In this document: in pieces, positions 1 to 9,811 of the stretch
Position numbering within the stretch: the stretch's first letter is position 1
Layout: each line of letters opens with the position of its first letter
IMG/VR virus record: IMGVR_UViG_3300047469_000312
Coordinates: 96,001-160,000 of that record
Source of the DNA: a virus
Strand: one strand, 5' to 3'
DNA length: 64,000 nucleotides
Notes under the pieces: model-generated
Told to the model about the DNA's origin: nothing
Databases searched by the model: none
The model's input: only the letters and a program-made list of their open reading frames with translations
Translations under genes and position numbers: made by a program

Positions 1-193
1 CGAGATGGAAGGTCGCATCTACTCGAACCTGGATGACGATCAGGCCGCAGGCTGCCGCGATTGGGCGTACTTCGAAAAGAAGCTCAAGGAACTCGCGATC
101 GCCGTGCCCGATAGCTTCAACACGGTCGTGCGCATGGATGGCCGCAACAATTGCAACGTCAGCGGTGAGCTCACTCACGTGGATGACAAGTAA
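1..193 (+). CDS. hypothetical protein (3' part, truncated by window start)
   Basis: Open frame from the window edge to TAA 193, phage-like codon usage, TAATG overlap with next ORF. Confidence 0.6.
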   Translation, partial: EMEGRIYSNLDDDQAAGCRDWAYFEKKLKELAIAVPDSFNTVVRMDGRNNCNVSGELTHVDDK

Positions 194-360
194 TGGGCAA
201 TCGTCAACTGTACGAACGCGATAAGAATCGCGTCTACATGTCGGGCGACTCAGTGGGCTGGGTAAGGGGCGCGGTCCTCTACCTGCTCCTGGCAGTCGCC
301 CCCATTAGCTTGGCGCTTTATCCGCTGATCCGGCTCATCTGCTCTCAGTTGAAAGGATAG
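193..360 (+). CDS. small membrane protein (55 aa, MGNRQLYERDKNRV...LICSQLKG)
   Basis: Read by hand; TAATG-coupled start, hydrophobic C-half. Confidence 0.5.
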   Translation: MGNRQLYERDKNRVYMSGDSVGWVRGAVLYLLLAVAPISLALYPLIRLICSQLKG

Positions 361-453
361 TCTAATGCTGACGCTACGGGCACGCGTTAGTAGTTGTACA
401 CACTAGCCCACTTATCGCAATAGTCTTTTACAACTTAAACAAGGAGCTTCAAA

Positions 454-1011
454 ATGGGTATCATCAAGGCAATCTTCGGTTCCAAAGAAATCCAAATCGA
501 ACAACTGGAAATCCTTTTCCACACGGAAGCCGCGTACTTTGGTGAGCATGGTCGTCTGATCGCCAGCAACCGTTCGCTCGGCATCATCGAGAAGGAAGTG
601 ATCTTCTGCCTGAAGGGTCACACGACGCCGTTGCCGCTGAACCATCGCCTGTTCGCGCACATCTGGAAGGAAGCGCAAGCGCAGGGCTTCATCCCGCTCG
701 AACTCGCCAAGTACGGTTCGGTCATCGAGTCCGCGGAACCCGATGCCCTGGCTGCGCATAAGCGCGTTCTGGCCATCATGGTCGAACACGGTCAGGCTCC
801 GGCGCTCGCCGATGGTCGCCAGGCGCTGCACATGAACCTGGGTAGCACGTCGGCGGCTGAAGCGGAAGCCGCAGTCTCGAGCGCGATGGCATCCGCTGCT
901 GCGACGAGCGGGCGTGATTACAGCGCGGTCGAAGTGCCTGCGTTCCTGCGCAAACAGCAGGCTGAAGGCGACGGCTTCCAGACGGCAGGCTTCGCTGCTG
1001 CACAAAGCTAA
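454..1011 (+). CDS. hypothetical protein with Ala/Ser linker and FtsZ C-terminal-peptide-like motif (DYSAVEVPAFLRKQ)
   Basis: Strong SD AAGGAG; motif closely resembles FtsZ DYLDIPAFLRKQAD; followed by hairpin. Confidence 0.75.
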   Translation: MGIIKAIFGSKEIQIEQLEILFHTEAAYFGEHGRLIASNRSLGIIEKEVIFCLKGHTTPLPLNHRLFAHIWKEAQAQGFIPLELAKYGSVIESAEPDALAAHKRVLAIMVEHGQAPALADGRQALHMNLGSTSAAEAEAAVSSAMASAAATSGRDYSAVEVPAFLRKQQAEGDGFQTAGFAAAQS

Positions 1012-1023
1012 GTAAGCCAAGTC

Positions 1024-1049
1024 GAGGAGCTTCCTACGGGGAGCTCCTC
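1024..1049 (+). terminator. GC hairpin after gene 454-1011
   Basis: GAGGAGCTTC-ctacgg-GGAGCTCCTC. Confidence 0.6.
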
Positions 1050-1100
1050 CGCTGGGTGTACTTCCTTTTTATTTCCGTTACTGCAACGAGGAGCTTTACC

Positions 1101-1562
1101 ATGAAACAAATCGAATTCAAGTTTGAATACGCTGCTGCCTACTTCCGCCAACACGAAGCCGCATTGCCGAGCAACGATCCAGTGCAGCTCTATCGCAAAG
1201 TGTTTGACATGCTGGCTCTCACAGGCGCGCCTAATGCTGATGCCGTAGAACCGGGCGCCTGGGTCAAGATGAAATACACGAGCGACTACCAGTTCACGCT
1301 CAAGGGTCAGTCTTTCTGGTTGTTCCAAAAGTTCATGGAAAACCTGAGTACGTGGGCGCTGTCTCGACCCCATCAGGCGAAGTCTCGTGCCCAGCAGCAA
1401 GCTGAAGATCTCGTCAATTGGGCTCTTGAGCAGAGCAAAGAAGATCAGCTGGAGTGCGATACTGACATCGCGTTTAAGATCAAGACTTACGGGGTGGCGG
1501 GCTTCCAGATCACTGTGGAAGGTCCGCGTTTTCTGCAACAGAAAATCATCATCATCGGTTAA
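1101..1562 (+). CDS. hypothetical protein
   Basis: SD GAGGAG before ATG 1101. Confidence 0.75.
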   Translation: MKQIEFKFEYAAAYFRQHEAALPSNDPVQLYRKVFDMLALTGAPNADAVEPGAWVKMKYTSDYQFTLKGQSFWLFQKFMENLSTWALSRPHQAKSRAQQQAEDLVNWALEQSKEDQLECDTDIAFKIKTYGVAGFQITVEGPRFLQQKIIIIG

Positions 1563-1572
1563 GGAGAGAGAG

Positions 1573-2205
1573 ATGGGCAAGAAACCTCGTGTGGAACGCA
1601 GCATTCGGATGATCGTCGACGAGGCCCTCCACTTTGACCATCCGAAGTTGTTGGGGTTGAAGCGGCCTCGAGCAGCGCGTGATCTGGACCACCGGCAATG
1701 GATCGCGTACGGCGTGCAGTGCTCCAAAGAAGTGCTGAATCACGTCTACCGCTATCGTGAGTATCAGCGCCCGTTGGAAGACGCCGAGTATTTCTCACGG
1801 CGCAGGACGCTGGACCCCTTGCCGATTCCGGGTGGTCGGGGCGAACGGATGTCGAGCGAGATCCTGGCATCCAAGCACTTGACGGCAGATCCGATCTTCA
1901 TCCGTCGTCAACAGGAGGAGAACCCGTTCCATCCGGCAAAGATCAGTCACAACGCAGACGCTGAATGGGTCTTTCCCGGTGGTCGTCGCTTGCCGCGCTA
2001 TTTCTTCAGCACGCCACAAGTGTCGCTGCAAGATCTGGCGGATTTCGACCATCCCTTCGAAAAGAAGGTGATCGAGATGGCGGGCACGCATTACCAGCTG
2101 ACGGCCAGTAATGTCGGCAAAACGCGGGCGATCACGCAGCTGCCTTTCATGACCACGCAGCTACTGGCTCAATGGTTGCGTAACAACTCCGTGAGGAAAC
2201 GGTAA
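1573..2205 (+). CDS. hypothetical protein
   Basis: SD AAGGAG before ATG 1573. Confidence 0.75.
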   Translation: MGKKPRVERSIRMIVDEALHFDHPKLLGLKRPRAARDLDHRQWIAYGVQCSKEVLNHVYRYREYQRPLEDAEYFSRRRTLDPLPIPGGRGERMSSEILASKHLTADPIFIRRQQEENPFHPAKISHNADAEWVFPGGRRLPRYFFSTPQVSLQDLADFDHPFEKKVIEMAGTHYQLTASNVGKTRAITQLPFMTTQLLAQWLRNNSVRKR

Positions 2206-2384
2206 TGGCATTGCGTATCAAGGGCCTGCCCAGTACCCGCCTGAATCAGCCGCGTCGTGTCGGCTTTGGGCATCTGAAGTACATCACCGAATGCGACAAG
2301 TACTTCGGCTTCGGTGAGACACGACAAGAGTCCTTCTCGGCCTGGAAGGAGGCTAAACAGAAATCCCAACCACAGGTGCCATGA
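2205..2384 (+). CDS. small hypothetical protein (59 aa)
   Basis: TAATG and ATGA overlaps at both ends, SD GAGG. Confidence 0.55.
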   Translation: MALRIKGLPSTRLNQPRRVGFGHLKYITECDKYFGFGETRQESFSAWKEAKQKSQPQVP

Positions 2385-2854
2385 TGGATACCCAGATGCA
2401 GACAAGCTTTGCCCAGCTGGATGCGACACTGTGCCAGCGCATTCGCGAGAATGGTTTCACCATGATGTCGACGCCTTTCCCAGCTGACCAGCGTCAACAC
2501 ATGGTTTACACTATCGGACTGTGTGAGAAGGGCATTCCGGAGCTGATCCTGTTCTCTGCCGGTGATGTCGCAATCAGCTACCAGTACGTTGACAAAGCAG
2601 CGCGTCTGTTGCTTCAGCATCAGAATGAGAACCTAAGCAATCTGGATCTCTCGTCGACGTTCACCCACCGGACCCGACTACGCGATCTCATTGATGTTGA
2701 TGGCGCGTTGAACGAATATTTGAAATATACCAAGCGACTCTATCCGAGCCGCTGCAATCGCGTCATGCAGCTCATGTGGTCCGACAGGCAGGATCGGTTT
2801 CCCGACGAACCCCAGTACGATCATAACCAGTTTCAGCAACACATGCTGACCTAA
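2381..2854 (+). CDS. DUF4262-like protein
   Basis: YTIGL..GIPELIL and QLMWSDRQDRFPDE motifs typical of DUF4262. Confidence 0.65.
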   Translation: MMDTQMQTSFAQLDATLCQRIRENGFTMMSTPFPADQRQHMVYTIGLCEKGIPELILFSAGDVAISYQYVDKAARLLLQHQNENLSNLDLSSTFTHRTRLRDLIDVDGALNEYLKYTKRLYPSRCNRVMQLMWSDRQDRFPDEPQYDHNQFQQHMLT

Positions 2855-2892
2855 GTAGTACCTTTCATCAACGCGTAGCTAATTAGAATGAG

Positions 2893-3258
2893 GTGATCAC
2901 GATGGACATGATTTTCGATTTACCCGGTATCAAGAAGGTTGTCCAATCGTTTCCGGATGATTTCGATGGTCCGGACACAGGCGTGACTGACGATGGTTTG
3001 CCCTTGACATTCCTGACGAACTTTCAGCCGCACCGCTTGCCGGTATATCTGACGGCGATTCAGCATGCAGGTCTGAACGCTTCGGACTTCGGCATTGCCG
3101 ATGTCGCTTATGGGTACAACTCGGAAACTGGTTATCGCTGGGCGCATGATCTGGATGCTTACAAGGCGTTCTTCTACAACCTCGATCACGATGACTTGCA
3201 GAAGTTCCATCGCGCTTTGGAGGCTGTGTTCAAAGCCCATCCGACCTTCATGCGTTAA
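2893..3258 (+). CDS. hypothetical protein
   Basis: ORF in operon orientation. Confidence 0.65.
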   Translation: MITMDMIFDLPGIKKVVQSFPDDFDGPDTGVTDDGLPLTFLTNFQPHRLPVYLTAIQHAGLNASDFGIADVAYGYNSETGYRWAHDLDAYKAFFYNLDHDDLQKFHRALEAVFKAHPTFMR

Positions 3259-3268
3259 GGAGACGACC

Positions 3269-3586
3269 ATGCTATTCAAGCTGCTTGATTTTCTCGGCTT
3301 TCATGATAACACGGTGCAGCTCGGTGTCTCGGCACAGATGAGTAAAGAAAAGCGCCACGGCGTCGTGCATTACGACACGCAAAACGGTGTGCGCCACATC
3401 GGCTTTCTGGCCGATAAGCCCCATCGCTTGACGCCTTACGATCGTGAGATGAATGATCGACTCTTCCGTCAGCTCGATCGCATGTCGATGCCTGCCACCA
3501 CGCTTGAAGTCAAACGGGGTCGCAGTGCTTTTCTGATCAAACGTCTCTCCGGCAGCCTCGCGGCTGCTCGCCTGCGCATCCGGTAA
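3269..3586 (+). CDS. hypothetical protein
   Basis: SD TAAGGAG before ATG 3269. Confidence 0.65.
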   Translation: MLFKLLDFLGFHDNTVQLGVSAQMSKEKRHGVVHYDTQNGVRHIGFLADKPHRLTPYDREMNDRLFRQLDRMSMPATTLEVKRGRSAFLIKRLSGSLAAARLRIR

Positions 3587-3600
3587 CGGAGGCGTGGGTG

Positions 3601-3632
3601 AAGAGTGTCCTCACCGACACTCTTTTTTTTTT
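3601..3632 (+). terminator. intrinsic terminator
   Basis: AAGAGTGTC-ctcacc-GACACTCTT followed by long T run. Confidence 0.8.
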
Positions 3633-3650
3633 GTCTTATTACAAAAGAAG

Positions 3651-3665
3651 CTGGCGATATATTAC
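3651..3665 (+). promoter_or_regulatory. phiKZ-type early promoter (TATATTAC at 3658-3665)
   Basis: Exact match to the phiKZ early consensus TATATTAC, immediately after a terminator and before a gene. Confidence 0.65.
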
Positions 3666-3688
3666 AAACCTAGCCTTATAACCACCGT

Positions 3689-4540
3689 TTGGGGATTACT
3701 GTGTCTTACCTTGATTTGTTAATGCAGGACTTTACGCCCTTGGTGGCTCAAGCCAAGAGCCAGTTGCGTGCGACCGATCTGTACTGGCGCATTGCGTTTA
3801 TTCTCTACGTTATCAGTAGCTTGCAATTTACCAAACGTCAGGTTCGGCGTTTGGTGCGTGCCTTGCCGCCTCCCGTCACCCCCAACCCCGAGGATCAGTT
3901 CATCAGTGTCACGGCCGAGGAGCTGCGATGCTATCGGGATCGCTCCGGCAACTACGATGTGCCACGAGAGTTTCCGCCTGCGTTGGAGAAGTACACGACT
4001 AAACCGACCGCGTCGGATTTCGCCCAATGGATTCTCGAACTGGGCCAAATGGACGAAGCCCTGTTGCTCGACACCAAACGCGCTATAACAGCATCTGCGG
4101 CGTTCCATGACGTACGCATACCCAAGCTCCTGCGCATGGTCGACAACCGCACCAAAGCCCTCTGGGTGCGTCTGGGCTTCGATATGGCGCTACGGGCCGT
4201 GAGCGAGCAACAAGTGCGTCAGGAAGTGACCAATATGCTGGGTAAACGCGAGTGTCCTGATCTGGATGCGCGCAACTATGCATACCTGATGCCCAGTGTC
4301 GGTGCCCTGATTCTCGCCGCCGCCCAGGCCGATGAGTTTCCGTGCCTGTCGGTCTTCTCGAGAAATCTTACCGGCTATCGTGATGTACTGAAGGGTATAA
4401 CGTTGCTCAACACCAACGTGATCCAGTCCCTCGCGACCGCTTACGCTGTGATGTCTGGCATCAAGATCCCGGCCTCGTATGTCCGTTGCGATCATCTGAC
4501 GCTGCAGCTCCTCGAAAGCCCAGAACCTGTAGTGGTTTAA
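3689..4540 (+). CDS. hypothetical protein (putative early gene; start may be GTG 3701)
   Basis: 283-aa ORF downstream of early-promoter motif. Confidence 0.7.
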   Translation: MGITVSYLDLLMQDFTPLVAQAKSQLRATDLYWRIAFILYVISSLQFTKRQVRRLVRALPPPVTPNPEDQFISVTAEELRCYRDRSGNYDVPREFPPALEKYTTKPTASDFAQWILELGQMDEALLLDTKRAITASAAFHDVRIPKLLRMVDNRTKALWVRLGFDMALRAVSEQQVRQEVTNMLGKRECPDLDARNYAYLMPSVGALILAAAQADEFPCLSVFSRNLTGYRDVLKGITLLNTNVIQSLATAYAVMSGIKIPASYVRCDHLTLQLLESPEPVVV

Positions 4541-4611
4541 CCCGTTTTACGGAGACACTTCTAGCACAGGAGTTGGGGTGTCTTCCTTTTTATTCTTTTG
4601 GTGAAAAAGCA

Positions 4612-5343
4612 ATGAGCAATACTCGGGGTGTTTGGGTAACCTTTGAAGGCGCAGATGGCGCGGGCAAGACCACCGCGCTGGAGTCGGCGTACGAATTCTT
4701 AAAGCGTAAGGGCTACAAGGTCCTCAGGACTCGTGAACCGGGCGGCACACCGCTCTCGGAAGAGATCCGAGAGCTGATCCTGCATCGTGACCAGCATCCG
4801 CGCTGTGAGATGCTGTTGTTCGCTGCAGCACGCGCCCAACACGTGGAAGAGCTGATCAAACCTGCGCTCGCCGCGGGCTACATCGTGCTGTGTGATCGTT
4901 TCTCGATGTCGAGCTACGCATACCAGCAAGTCGCGCGTAATCTCGGACCATCGGTCACTATGCTCGATGATTTCGCGCGAGGTGGGGCATGGCCGGATTT
5001 CGTCGCGTACTTCGATGTGGATGTCGAAGAAGGCATTCGGCGTTTGAACGCTCGCGCTGAGGAGAATGGCAAGAGCGATCGCCTGGATCGTGAACTCCTC
5101 GACTTCAAGCGTCGCGTTAATGAAGGCTTCCGTAAAGCTTACGACGAGAAGCTCTTCAAGAACGTCTACAAGGTCGACGCCAACATGTCCAAGCTCTTCG
5201 TCGATCTTCAGGTCGCGGGCTGGTTGGAGTGGGACGTGATTCCGTCGCATACTGGGGAAAACATGCCGATGTTTGGTTACCCGGATAAGCCAGACCTGCG
5301 GCGCTTCTTGGACGGCGTGATTGCTCACGCAACCGACGCTTAA
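4612..5343 (+). CDS. tmk: thymidylate (dTMP) kinase
   Basis: TFEGADGAGKTT P-loop, TREPGGT, LLFAAARAQH, VLCDRF motifs. Confidence 0.95.
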   Translation: MSNTRGVWVTFEGADGAGKTTALESAYEFLKRKGYKVLRTREPGGTPLSEEIRELILHRDQHPRCEMLLFAAARAQHVEELIKPALAAGYIVLCDRFSMSSYAYQQVARNLGPSVTMLDDFARGGAWPDFVAYFDVDVEEGIRRLNARAEENGKSDRLDRELLDFKRRVNEGFRKAYDEKLFKNVYKVDANMSKLFVDLQVAGWLEWDVIPSHTGENMPMFGYPDKPDLRRFLDGVIAHATDA

Positions 5344-5368
5344 GGTACAAAAAAAACAAGGAAGCAGG

Positions 5369-6178
5369 ATGAGCACTTACAGTTTCGAGCACACCGTGAA
5401 TCCGGGGCGCTTTCGTCGTCAGAAAGCTCTGATCAAAGAACGCGCGGGGACGATTCGCTATCTGCATGAGCGCCGTCGGGAAGAAGCGGCGGCCGCTGAG
5501 CGTAAAGCCCAGTTCGATCGCGCCTGTGTGCAAGCCGTGATTGTGGGGATCAAGACTGCGCTGAACTTCACGGTGGCCGAATGTGAGCAACCCGTTTGGC
5601 CTGACAGTCCCTGGTACAAGCCGAAGACTTTCAAGCCGGAGTTCTTTGAGCGCGCCATGCGGTATTTCGATCCCGCTATCACCGAAGAGTTCCTTCATCG
5701 GGAGCTCTCAGCGTTCAAGGAGTTCTGGCAGATCGAGCATTGGATTGGCGCGCGCTACACCATCGTCGAGAAGATGGAATACGACGGTCCGTGGTGGCGC
5801 GTGCCGAGTCGTCATGACTGCCATTACCCGCAGTGGCCGGAAGCGCTTTACTACTTCGACATGTCGCGCGTCAAGCTCGTGAAGGACAACGAGGATGATG
5901 AGGACAGCTGGAAGTACTGGAAGCTCAAGACGCCGGAAGACCATCTGGACGAAGCGCTGAAATCCCTGACGGAACTCCCGACTAACGAAGACGGTCTGGT
6001 CAATGCCGACGATCTCGCCAAGGCGGGGAGAGCCGCCAATGAAGTTTATCGTCGCGTGTTCAGCGACCCTAAGCTCATGCAGGAGATGGCGGACAAGAAT
6101 CAAGGCTACGTGCACGGCCACATGTGGTGGAACGTACCCGGCAAGCTGCTCAGAAAACTATTCAACAGGAGAAAGTAG
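5369..6178 (+). CDS. hypothetical protein
   Basis: Long ORF, coupled to next gene. Confidence 0.75.
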   Translation: MSTYSFEHTVNPGRFRRQKALIKERAGTIRYLHERRREEAAAAERKAQFDRACVQAVIVGIKTALNFTVAECEQPVWPDSPWYKPKTFKPEFFERAMRYFDPAITEEFLHRELSAFKEFWQIEHWIGARYTIVEKMEYDGPWWRVPSRHDCHYPQWPEALYYFDMSRVKLVKDNEDDEDSWKYWKLKTPEDHLDEALKSLTELPTNEDGLVNADDLAKAGRAANEVYRRVFSDPKLMQEMADKNQGYVHGHMWWNVPGKLLRKLFNRRK

Positions 6179-7485
6179 TGAGCGCAGAACAACAACAAGG
6201 GCTGACGTACGAGGAAGCTATTGCGGCCGATCCGGTCGGTTTTATCTACGTCTGTCAAACAGTGCAGAATAACCTCGCGCCTGCGATGATGGAGCATATC
6301 GCGCTGGGCACGCCTGAAACCGTCGCTGGCACGAGGGCGGTGTATCGCGAAGAAGTGGTCAATACGCTCAAGAGCAAGATCGCCGAACTGGAAGATCAGC
6401 TGCGCAATCACGAGATCGCACTGGCGAACCGCCAGACGGAGCTCGAGGCTGAACGAAGCAACAAGTTCTCGGAAGCGGGCTGGTTCCTGCCCAAGGAAAT
6501 GGTGACGGACAACGTCGGCATTTCGCTGGACCATCTGATCAACAAGGCCAAGCGGACCTCGGTCGTCAATGTGGTGGTTGCACCGGGTGAACCGTACGAA
6601 ATCATCTACGAAGCTGACTGGGTCAAATACCTGCGCAAGGTCGAACCCCAGGCCGCACAGACCTGGATCGTTAAGTTGGGCTCGGCAGTGGCCCATCTGC
6701 ATGAACCGTCTCTGATCAGTCGCGTCAGTGCCAGCAAGCAGGAAGAGACCATCAAGCGATTGATGAACGATCTGGGCTCACCGAACAGTACGAGTCTGGC
6801 CCAGGCGTTCAAGCAGTTCGCCAACGAGATCTGCTACGGCCACGTCAGTCTGGAAACAGTCGTACAGAAGGTCGCAGGTACGTACACAGGCAAACTGCGT
6901 GTGGAAGAGCCGATGGACACCTCGCACTACTGTAACCCGTATGCAGTTCCGGCAGACCGCATTAACACGGGTAGTCCGATCAGTACGCCTGAAGTCGTCT
7001 GTACCAATTCGCCCGGTTGCTGCACGCGTAACCGTCCGTTGTCCGAACAAGGCAACTGCAGGCTCAAGCCGTCGATCGTGAATGCGGCGCCGGAGCAAGT
7101 CAAGGTCCACACGGATCTCGGTGTACCGGATGTCAGTTCCGTTAAGGAATTCACCTGTGCGGAATGTCCGAACCAGGCGGTGCTGGAAGGCTGCTGCGGT
7201 CGTAACACGAAGGAGTACCCCCAGTCGACCGAGCGCATCATCGAAAACCTTGCTCGTCTTCCCACGGATGCCACGCCCCAGCAGTTAGCGGCCGCCGTCC
7301 GGGCAACCAAACCCGTCTACGCTGTCTCAGCATTGACTGACCCGACTACGATCCAGAAGGCCGTGGTCATGGGCTTGGTTGGTACTGCAGAGCAGCAAGC
7401 AGAAGCGCGTGAATTCCTCACGCAGTATATCCAACTGGTCAAGGATTACCCCGCGACCATGAGTACGGCTATGCAACGGCAGTAA
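6178..7485 (+). CDS. hypothetical protein with coiled coil and Cys-rich segments
   Basis: SD AGGAG then GTG 6178; CTNSPGCC and CAEC..GCCG. Confidence 0.75.
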   Translation: MSAEQQQGLTYEEAIAADPVGFIYVCQTVQNNLAPAMMEHIALGTPETVAGTRAVYREEVVNTLKSKIAELEDQLRNHEIALANRQTELEAERSNKFSEAGWFLPKEMVTDNVGISLDHLINKAKRTSVVNVVVAPGEPYEIIYEADWVKYLRKVEPQAAQTWIVKLGSAVAHLHEPSLISRVSASKQEETIKRLMNDLGSPNSTSLAQAFKQFANEICYGHVSLETVVQKVAGTYTGKLRVEEPMDTSHYCNPYAVPADRINTGSPISTPEVVCTNSPGCCTRNRPLSEQGNCRLKPSIVNAAPEQVKVHTDLGVPDVSSVKEFTCAECPNQAVLEGCCGRNTKEYPQSTERIIENLARLPTDATPQQLAAAVRATKPVYAVSALTDPTTIQKAVVMGLVGTAEQQAEAREFLTQYIQLVKDYPATMSTAMQRQ

Positions 7486-7532
7486 AACGTCAAGCAGTAA
7501 ATCACCCCATCACGTTAGGAAGTTAATTAGAA

Positions 7533-9284
7533 ATGGAACAAGTGCAAGCTGGTTCGACCGGCACCACAAAGCCGTTCACGAAGTACGACGCTGATTACAA
7601 GGCGCTCGTGAAGCACATGCAACGTACGCTCGACCAGCGTCTCTCCGAAGGCCGGACGTCGCTCTTCCGGACCAGGACGGAAATGAAGCCGACCCCGCAA
7701 ATGGTCGAAAACAAGATTTCCGTCGACGTGACGCTCAACCACGTCTACCTCGGTGCCCTGACCGAAGATGAGCGCGCCTACCACACATGCTCGTGCTGTG
7801 GCTCGTTCATGAAGCACTACGCCGGTACGGTCATGATCGACAAGGACGGGAAGACCAAGTCGGTCCTGTGGGATTCGACGACGTTCCCCACGGATAACTA
7901 CTACTTCACGCTCGTCGAGCGCATGCAAGAAGTGGTGGAGTCGGGTCGGGTGGTCGGTCCGTTCAAGGACAACAAGCAGATCTGGGGTGCGTACGAAAAG
8001 GGCGGCTTCGAGCACTTCGGCATCATGGTGCCCTCGATGCTGCAGCACACTGGTCGTCTCACGCCGCGTCAGCGTCAAGCCCAGCTGCGTGAAGACTACA
8101 AGCTGATGGCGAAGTTCTTCGAGACCGAGAAGGGCTCGGTGGCGACGCTCAAGAAGCTCATGCAGATCATCGAAGCGGAAGTCCTCGTCGGGGATGAGAT
8201 GATCGAAGGCTCGGGTCGTTGGCTGTACGAAACGGCCGTCGAACGCGCGGCGGAAAAGAATACCCGTGCGCGGGAGAACAAGCTGTGGCGTGCCGTGTCG
8301 GCCGCAGCCATGGGTTGGGCCCATCCGAACAAGACCCTGGTCGGCACGGTGCTCGACGCACTGCTCGAAGGTCAGTCGTTCGAACAGATCAAGCGCTCGT
8401 TCGGCAAGAAGACGAAGGCTGACGTTTACCGTCGTCCGGTCGCGGCACCCACGATGAACCAACTCCAGATCGCTGAAAAGCGCATCGCGGAACTCGGCAT
8501 GCAGCAGTCGCTGCGCCGTCGCGTGGCGTACCTCGAGGACATCCCGAAAGATGCCTTCCATTGGGATGCGCGTGATCTGCTGAACTTCACGCCGCCTGAG
8601 GAAAAGCAACCGACTGGTGTGTTCGCTCACCTGGCGCCGAAGACGAAGGACGTCATCGACACCCAGCAAGAAGACCTGAAGTTGCCGCCGGTGACGATGT
8701 CGTGGAACAAGTTCCAGGCTGAAGTGCTCCCCAAGGCATTGGACATCGAAATCTACATCCCGTGGGCAGCGGACTTCTTTACCGGTGTGGCGACGGCCGC
8801 GGATCTCGATGCACCGCCCATCCTGATGTACGATTTCGACGACTACCGCAACCCGATGTCGATGTACCAGCGTTCGTCGAAGGACTTCCGCGGCAGCCTG
8901 ATCGGCACCACGCCCGACATCTGGAACCTGGCAAATAACCAGTACCACAAGGTGCAAGGTATCGTCAAGGCACCGCACATGTTCGGCACGGTTGAGTTCC
9001 CGCAACTGGGTGAGCAGGCGCTCTTCATCATCGAAGGCGCGTACGACAAGCAGAACGAGCGCGGCGACAAGGGCATTGCGCTCTTCCCGCAGCTGCTCAA
9101 GCAGGACCTGTACGACATCTCGCGGGTGGTCGAAACGTTCTCTAACGAGGCCGTCTTCGAAGGCGAAGTGAAGCGTCAGGCGTGCGGCCTCATGATTGTG
9201 AAGGGCGGTAACGCACAACCGCGGCGCCTGAAGGTGAAGACCGAGTTCGGCGATCGCACGATCGTCATCGACCGTTGGGAGTAA
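7533..9284 (+). CDS. large hypothetical protein (583 aa, HxCxCC motif)
   Basis: Long ORF with strongly biased codons, ends at terminator. Confidence 0.85.
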   Translation: MEQVQAGSTGTTKPFTKYDADYKALVKHMQRTLDQRLSEGRTSLFRTRTEMKPTPQMVENKISVDVTLNHVYLGALTEDERAYHTCSCCGSFMKHYAGTVMIDKDGKTKSVLWDSTTFPTDNYYFTLVERMQEVVESGRVVGPFKDNKQIWGAYEKGGFEHFGIMVPSMLQHTGRLTPRQRQAQLREDYKLMAKFFETEKGSVATLKKLMQIIEAEVLVGDEMIEGSGRWLYETAVERAAEKNTRARENKLWRAVSAAAMGWAHPNKTLVGTVLDALLEGQSFEQIKRSFGKKTKADVYRRPVAAPTMNQLQIAEKRIAELGMQQSLRRRVAYLEDIPKDAFHWDARDLLNFTPPEEKQPTGVFAHLAPKTKDVIDTQQEDLKLPPVTMSWNKFQAEVLPKALDIEIYIPWAADFFTGVATAADLDAPPILMYDFDDYRNPMSMYQRSSKDFRGSLIGTTPDIWNLANNQYHKVQGIVKAPHMFGTVEFPQLGEQALFIIEGAYDKQNERGDKGIALFPQLLKQDLYDISRVVETFSNEAVFEGEVKRQACGLMIVKGGNAQPRRLKVKTEFGDRTIVIDRWE

Positions 9285-9294
9285 TCCCTAACTG

Positions 9295-9320
9295 AAGAGA
9301 GGGCTTCGGCCCTCTTTTTA
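9295..9320 (+). terminator. intrinsic terminator
   Basis: AGAGGGC-ttcg-GCCCTCT + T run. Confidence 0.85.
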
Positions 9321-9340
9321 TTTCCTTTTAGGATGAGCTC

Positions 9341-9811
9341 ATGTGGTTTTACGTGGGGCTGGGCATGTTCGCAGTGGGTCTTACCCTTCTGAGTTGTTTT
9401 GGGATCACGCAAGAAGAGCACAAGCAGGGCAAGCCCTATGCCGCCAGTGATCGTGTGGGCTCGGTGCTGTTTGTGTTGGGCTGTTGTATTACTGGCGCGA
9501 CCGTAGTCTGGTGGTTTGTGCAGTTCCTGGTGAGTCTTGCGCAACAACTTTTTTACGGAGTAGAGGCAGCTTATGCTGACACTCCGCTTGAGCCTTGTGC
9601 GCTGGTGTCCTTTAGTAGTGCACTTTTCTTTCTGTTGGCGCTGCTCGCCTGCTTTCGGGCAGAAGGCCAGTTTCGTCAATATCGTCGGACCGATCACGCC
9701 CATGCGCGGCGCATCCGGGCAAGACATTTTCATTACGCTGGAGTTTTGATCTGGTGCGGACAGCTGGCGCTCTTAAGTAGTGTGCTGCTCTTCGTGCTGA
9801 AACGCCTATGA
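9341..9811 (+). CDS. multi-pass membrane protein
   Basis: About 4 hydrophobic segments. Confidence 0.65.
   Translation: MWFYVGLGMFAVGLTLLSCFGITQEEHKQGKPYAASDRVGSVLFVLGCCITGATVVWWFVQFLVSLAQQLFYGVEAAYADTPLEPCALVSFSSALFFLLALLACFRAEGQFRQYRRTDHAHARRIRARHFHYAGVLIWCGQLALLSSVLLFVLKRL

Noticed and set aside
7527-9218. 563-aa minus-strand ORF
   Set aside because: Antisense shadow of the codon-biased + gene 7533-9284; unnatural Arg/His/Leu-rich composition
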